A stretch of 34,117 nt of DNA from Nemertoderma westbladi (Eukaryota > Animalia > Xenacoelomorpha), in the NCBI GenBank assembly GCA_032718475.1, contig JAUCBJ010006826.1, positions 1-34,117 on the forward strand, written 5' to 3'. The notes under the pieces were generated by a model, which was not told the origin of the DNA, did no database searches, and saw only the letters and a list, made by a program, of their open reading frames with translations. A program made the position numbers and the translations under genes. Positions 33,531 through 34,117 of the stretch are shown here, piece by piece. Positions within the stretch are counted from its first letter, which is position 1, and each line of letters begins with the position of its first letter.

Positions 33531-34116
33531 GGATTGGGTTAGTACTGTAGGCCTACATTATGGGGGATTGGGTTAGTACTGTAGGCCTACATTATTGGGG
33601 ATTGGGTTAGTACTGTAGGCCTACATTATGGGGATTGGGTTAGTACTGTAGGCCTACATTATGGGGGATTGGGTTAGTACTGTAGGCCTACATTATGGGG
33701 GATTGGGTTAGTACTGTAGGCCTACATTATGGGGGATTGGGTTAGTACTGTAGGCCTACATTATGGGGGATTGGGTTAGTACTGTAGGCCTACATTATGG
33801 GGGATTGGGTTAGTACTGTAGGCCTACATTATGGGGATTGGGTTAGTACTGTAGGCCTACATTATGGGGGATTGGGTTAGTACTGTAGGCCTACATTATG
33901 GGGGATTGGGTTAGTACTGTAGGCCTACATTATGGGGGATTGGGTTAGTACTGTAGGCCTACATTATGGGGGATTGGGTTAGTACTGTAGGCCTACATTA
34001 TGGGGGATTGGGTTAGTACTGTAGGCCTACATTATGGGGGATTGGGTTAGTACTGTAGGCCTACATTATGGGGGATTTGGTTAGTACTGTAGGCCTACAT
34101 TATGGGGGATTGGGTT
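33531..34116. repeat. 34-bp satellite, ~17 near-identical copies, running to the window end
   Basis: Unit TTAGTACTGTAGGCCTACATTATGGGGGATTGGG; variation is almost only in G-run length. Confidence 0.97.
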
Positions 34117-34117
34117 C

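Noticed and set aside
33531-34117. True telomere
   Set aside because: The unit is a complex 34-mer, not (TTAGGG)n.

Overview
AT-rich eukaryotic (animal, probably bilaterian invertebrate; inference) region made almost entirely of nested mobile elements and repeats. No conventional host gene can be supported. From left to right: (1) a ~1.9-kb inverted-repeat-bounded unit carrying one intronless 350-aa C2H2-like/acidic/28-aa-repeat ORF; (2) a palindromic 22-bp minisatellite and small foldback/MITE pieces; (3) a 5'-truncated BEL/Pao LTR retrotransposon (gag-PR-RT-RH-IN, two CGA>TGA stops, 3' LTR); (4) a decayed unknown ORF followed by a second LTR-like sequence; (5) an RFX X-box-bearing repeat; (6) a 1370-bp internally deleted Merlin (IS1595-like) DNA transposon with 35-bp TIRs and a 9-bp TSD, whose transposase stop codon is followed by three tandem canonical histone-mRNA 3' stem-loops; (7) RTE-X-like and RTE LINE 3' fragments; (8) a near full-length CR1/L2-group LINE on the minus strand with an esterase ORF1 and an ORF2 made of a hydrophobic leader, a 2A-like NPGP motif, APE and RT. 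That ORF2 is split in frame by a 1270-bp non-autonomous element carrying seven CTCF-like motifs at ~146-bp spacing; (9) a long hairpin, two candidate exons and a 34-bp satellite. The best candidate for an undescribed system is the transposase gene with a histone-type 3' end. All calls were made by eye; no database searches were run.
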